A DNA stretch of 64,000 nucleotides from the NCBI RefSeq assembly GCF_006345805.1, contig NC_043000.1, positions 2,356,001 to 2,420,000 on the forward strand, written 5' to 3'. Numbering within the stretch: the first letter of the stretch is position 1; each line of letters begins with the position of its first letter. Position numbers and translations under genes: made by a program. Below the pieces are notes generated by a model that saw nothing but the letters and a program-made list of their open reading frames with translations, was not told where the DNA came from and made no database searches. Below, one piece after another: positions 63,121 to 64,000 of this stretch. Source of the stretch: Octopus sinensis. Lineage: Eukaryota.

Positions 63121-64000
63121 ACATAATACAGTGAACTCTATCACACTTTGGTTTACATACAGATAGGCAGTCAGGTTGGTTGAATGATGTTTTTGTCATA
63201 AACAGTGCAGAAAATTACACTGTAGTGTTGCTCCTGCTTACACCTAGGTAGACTGGGTTGTTGATAGTTAAGTGTCTTGGTCAGGGCCTGATACAGTGGA
63301 CTGTGTCATTCTGTGGTACAGGCAGCAGGAGAACTTACCAACAACTCACAGATAGACAATTTACTGACCAAAATTTCATTGATTAGCAAATTTCACTTAC
63401 AAGCAATTGATCGAATAACTTATTTACCAATGGAACATTATTGATTAATAACTTGATTTCAGTGAAGGGTTAAAAAAGTAAATAGTGTATATTTATTTCT
63501 CAGAAAATTCATTTAAAAAAATATTAAAACATCGATAAAATTTTGAAAGATTTCTAAGATGAGATGTTATGAGTTAAGCCTCTTAAATATAAAATGATAG
63601 ATTCATTAGATTTGTAGTGAATCTTTTAGTGAGCTGTTTTTATACTCCTAGTTTTTTTTCTTTTTTTTTTCATTGTAAGTTAGTCTTTTTATACTTTCAG
63701 CACGACCATAGAATTTTCATTTCTTTAAGGAGGCTGTTGTAACTGGTGAATTGTTGGTTGATGTGTTGCTATTGGTAGATTGTTATCAATAGATTACTAT
63801 TGGCAAATTTCCTACACATGTATGGCATACATGTATGGCATGTATTTGCAACTAGCAGTTAAATATCTTGGCCATAGACTCAGAACTCTGCTCTATGTTC
63901 CTTAAGGTCATACTCACTTACAGCTAGGTAGACCGGTCTAACGTTTCTTAACAATGAACACATTGCTCTACTGATAACGAATGATTAACTATCAACCATA

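Larger units (their letters stand above)
62160..63990 (-). repeat. Degenerate ~70-90-bp tandem units resembling a SINE core domain
   Basis: Plus-strand motif AGTTAAGTRTCTTGGYCA recurs at ~62189, 62623, 62713, 63266 and 63864, usually with an upstream CTTACAG-TAG-TAGAC block. Confidence 0.55.

Noticed and set aside
62177-63930. Repeated minus-strand GTAAG donors suggesting a micro-exon array
   Set aside because: The GTAAG comes from the SINE-core CTGTAA motif, and homologous units are not in a consistent reading frame.

Overview
AT-rich eukaryotic DNA made almost entirely of interspersed repeats and simple repeats. I could not support any host gene exon. The repeat mix points to a coleoid cephalopod, probably octopus (inference): tRNA-derived SINEs with CORE-like and Meta-like centres, RTE LINEs with (GAT)n tails, and very dense TA/CA/ATC microsatellites. 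Contents: a near-complete frameshifted RTE LINE (32731-36377) inserted in the central microsatellite of a SINE; many 5'-truncated RTE and CR1/L2 3' ends; several tRNA-SINE families with exchanged modules; mariner, Tc1, Tc2-like, piggyBac-like, MULE and Helitron relics. The most notable structure is a ~555-bp near-perfect palindrome (51530-52085). Each arm carries a minimal type I hammerhead ribozyme motif of the Penelope-like kind, and a second palindrome of similar layout lies at 13051-13353. Also notable: head-to-tail SINE multimers linked to an AATACC target motif, a composite piggyBac-like MITE unit, a ~72-bp target-site duplication, a chimeric RTE insertion and an old tandem array of SINE-core units. 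SINE and MITE family letters are my own working labels.
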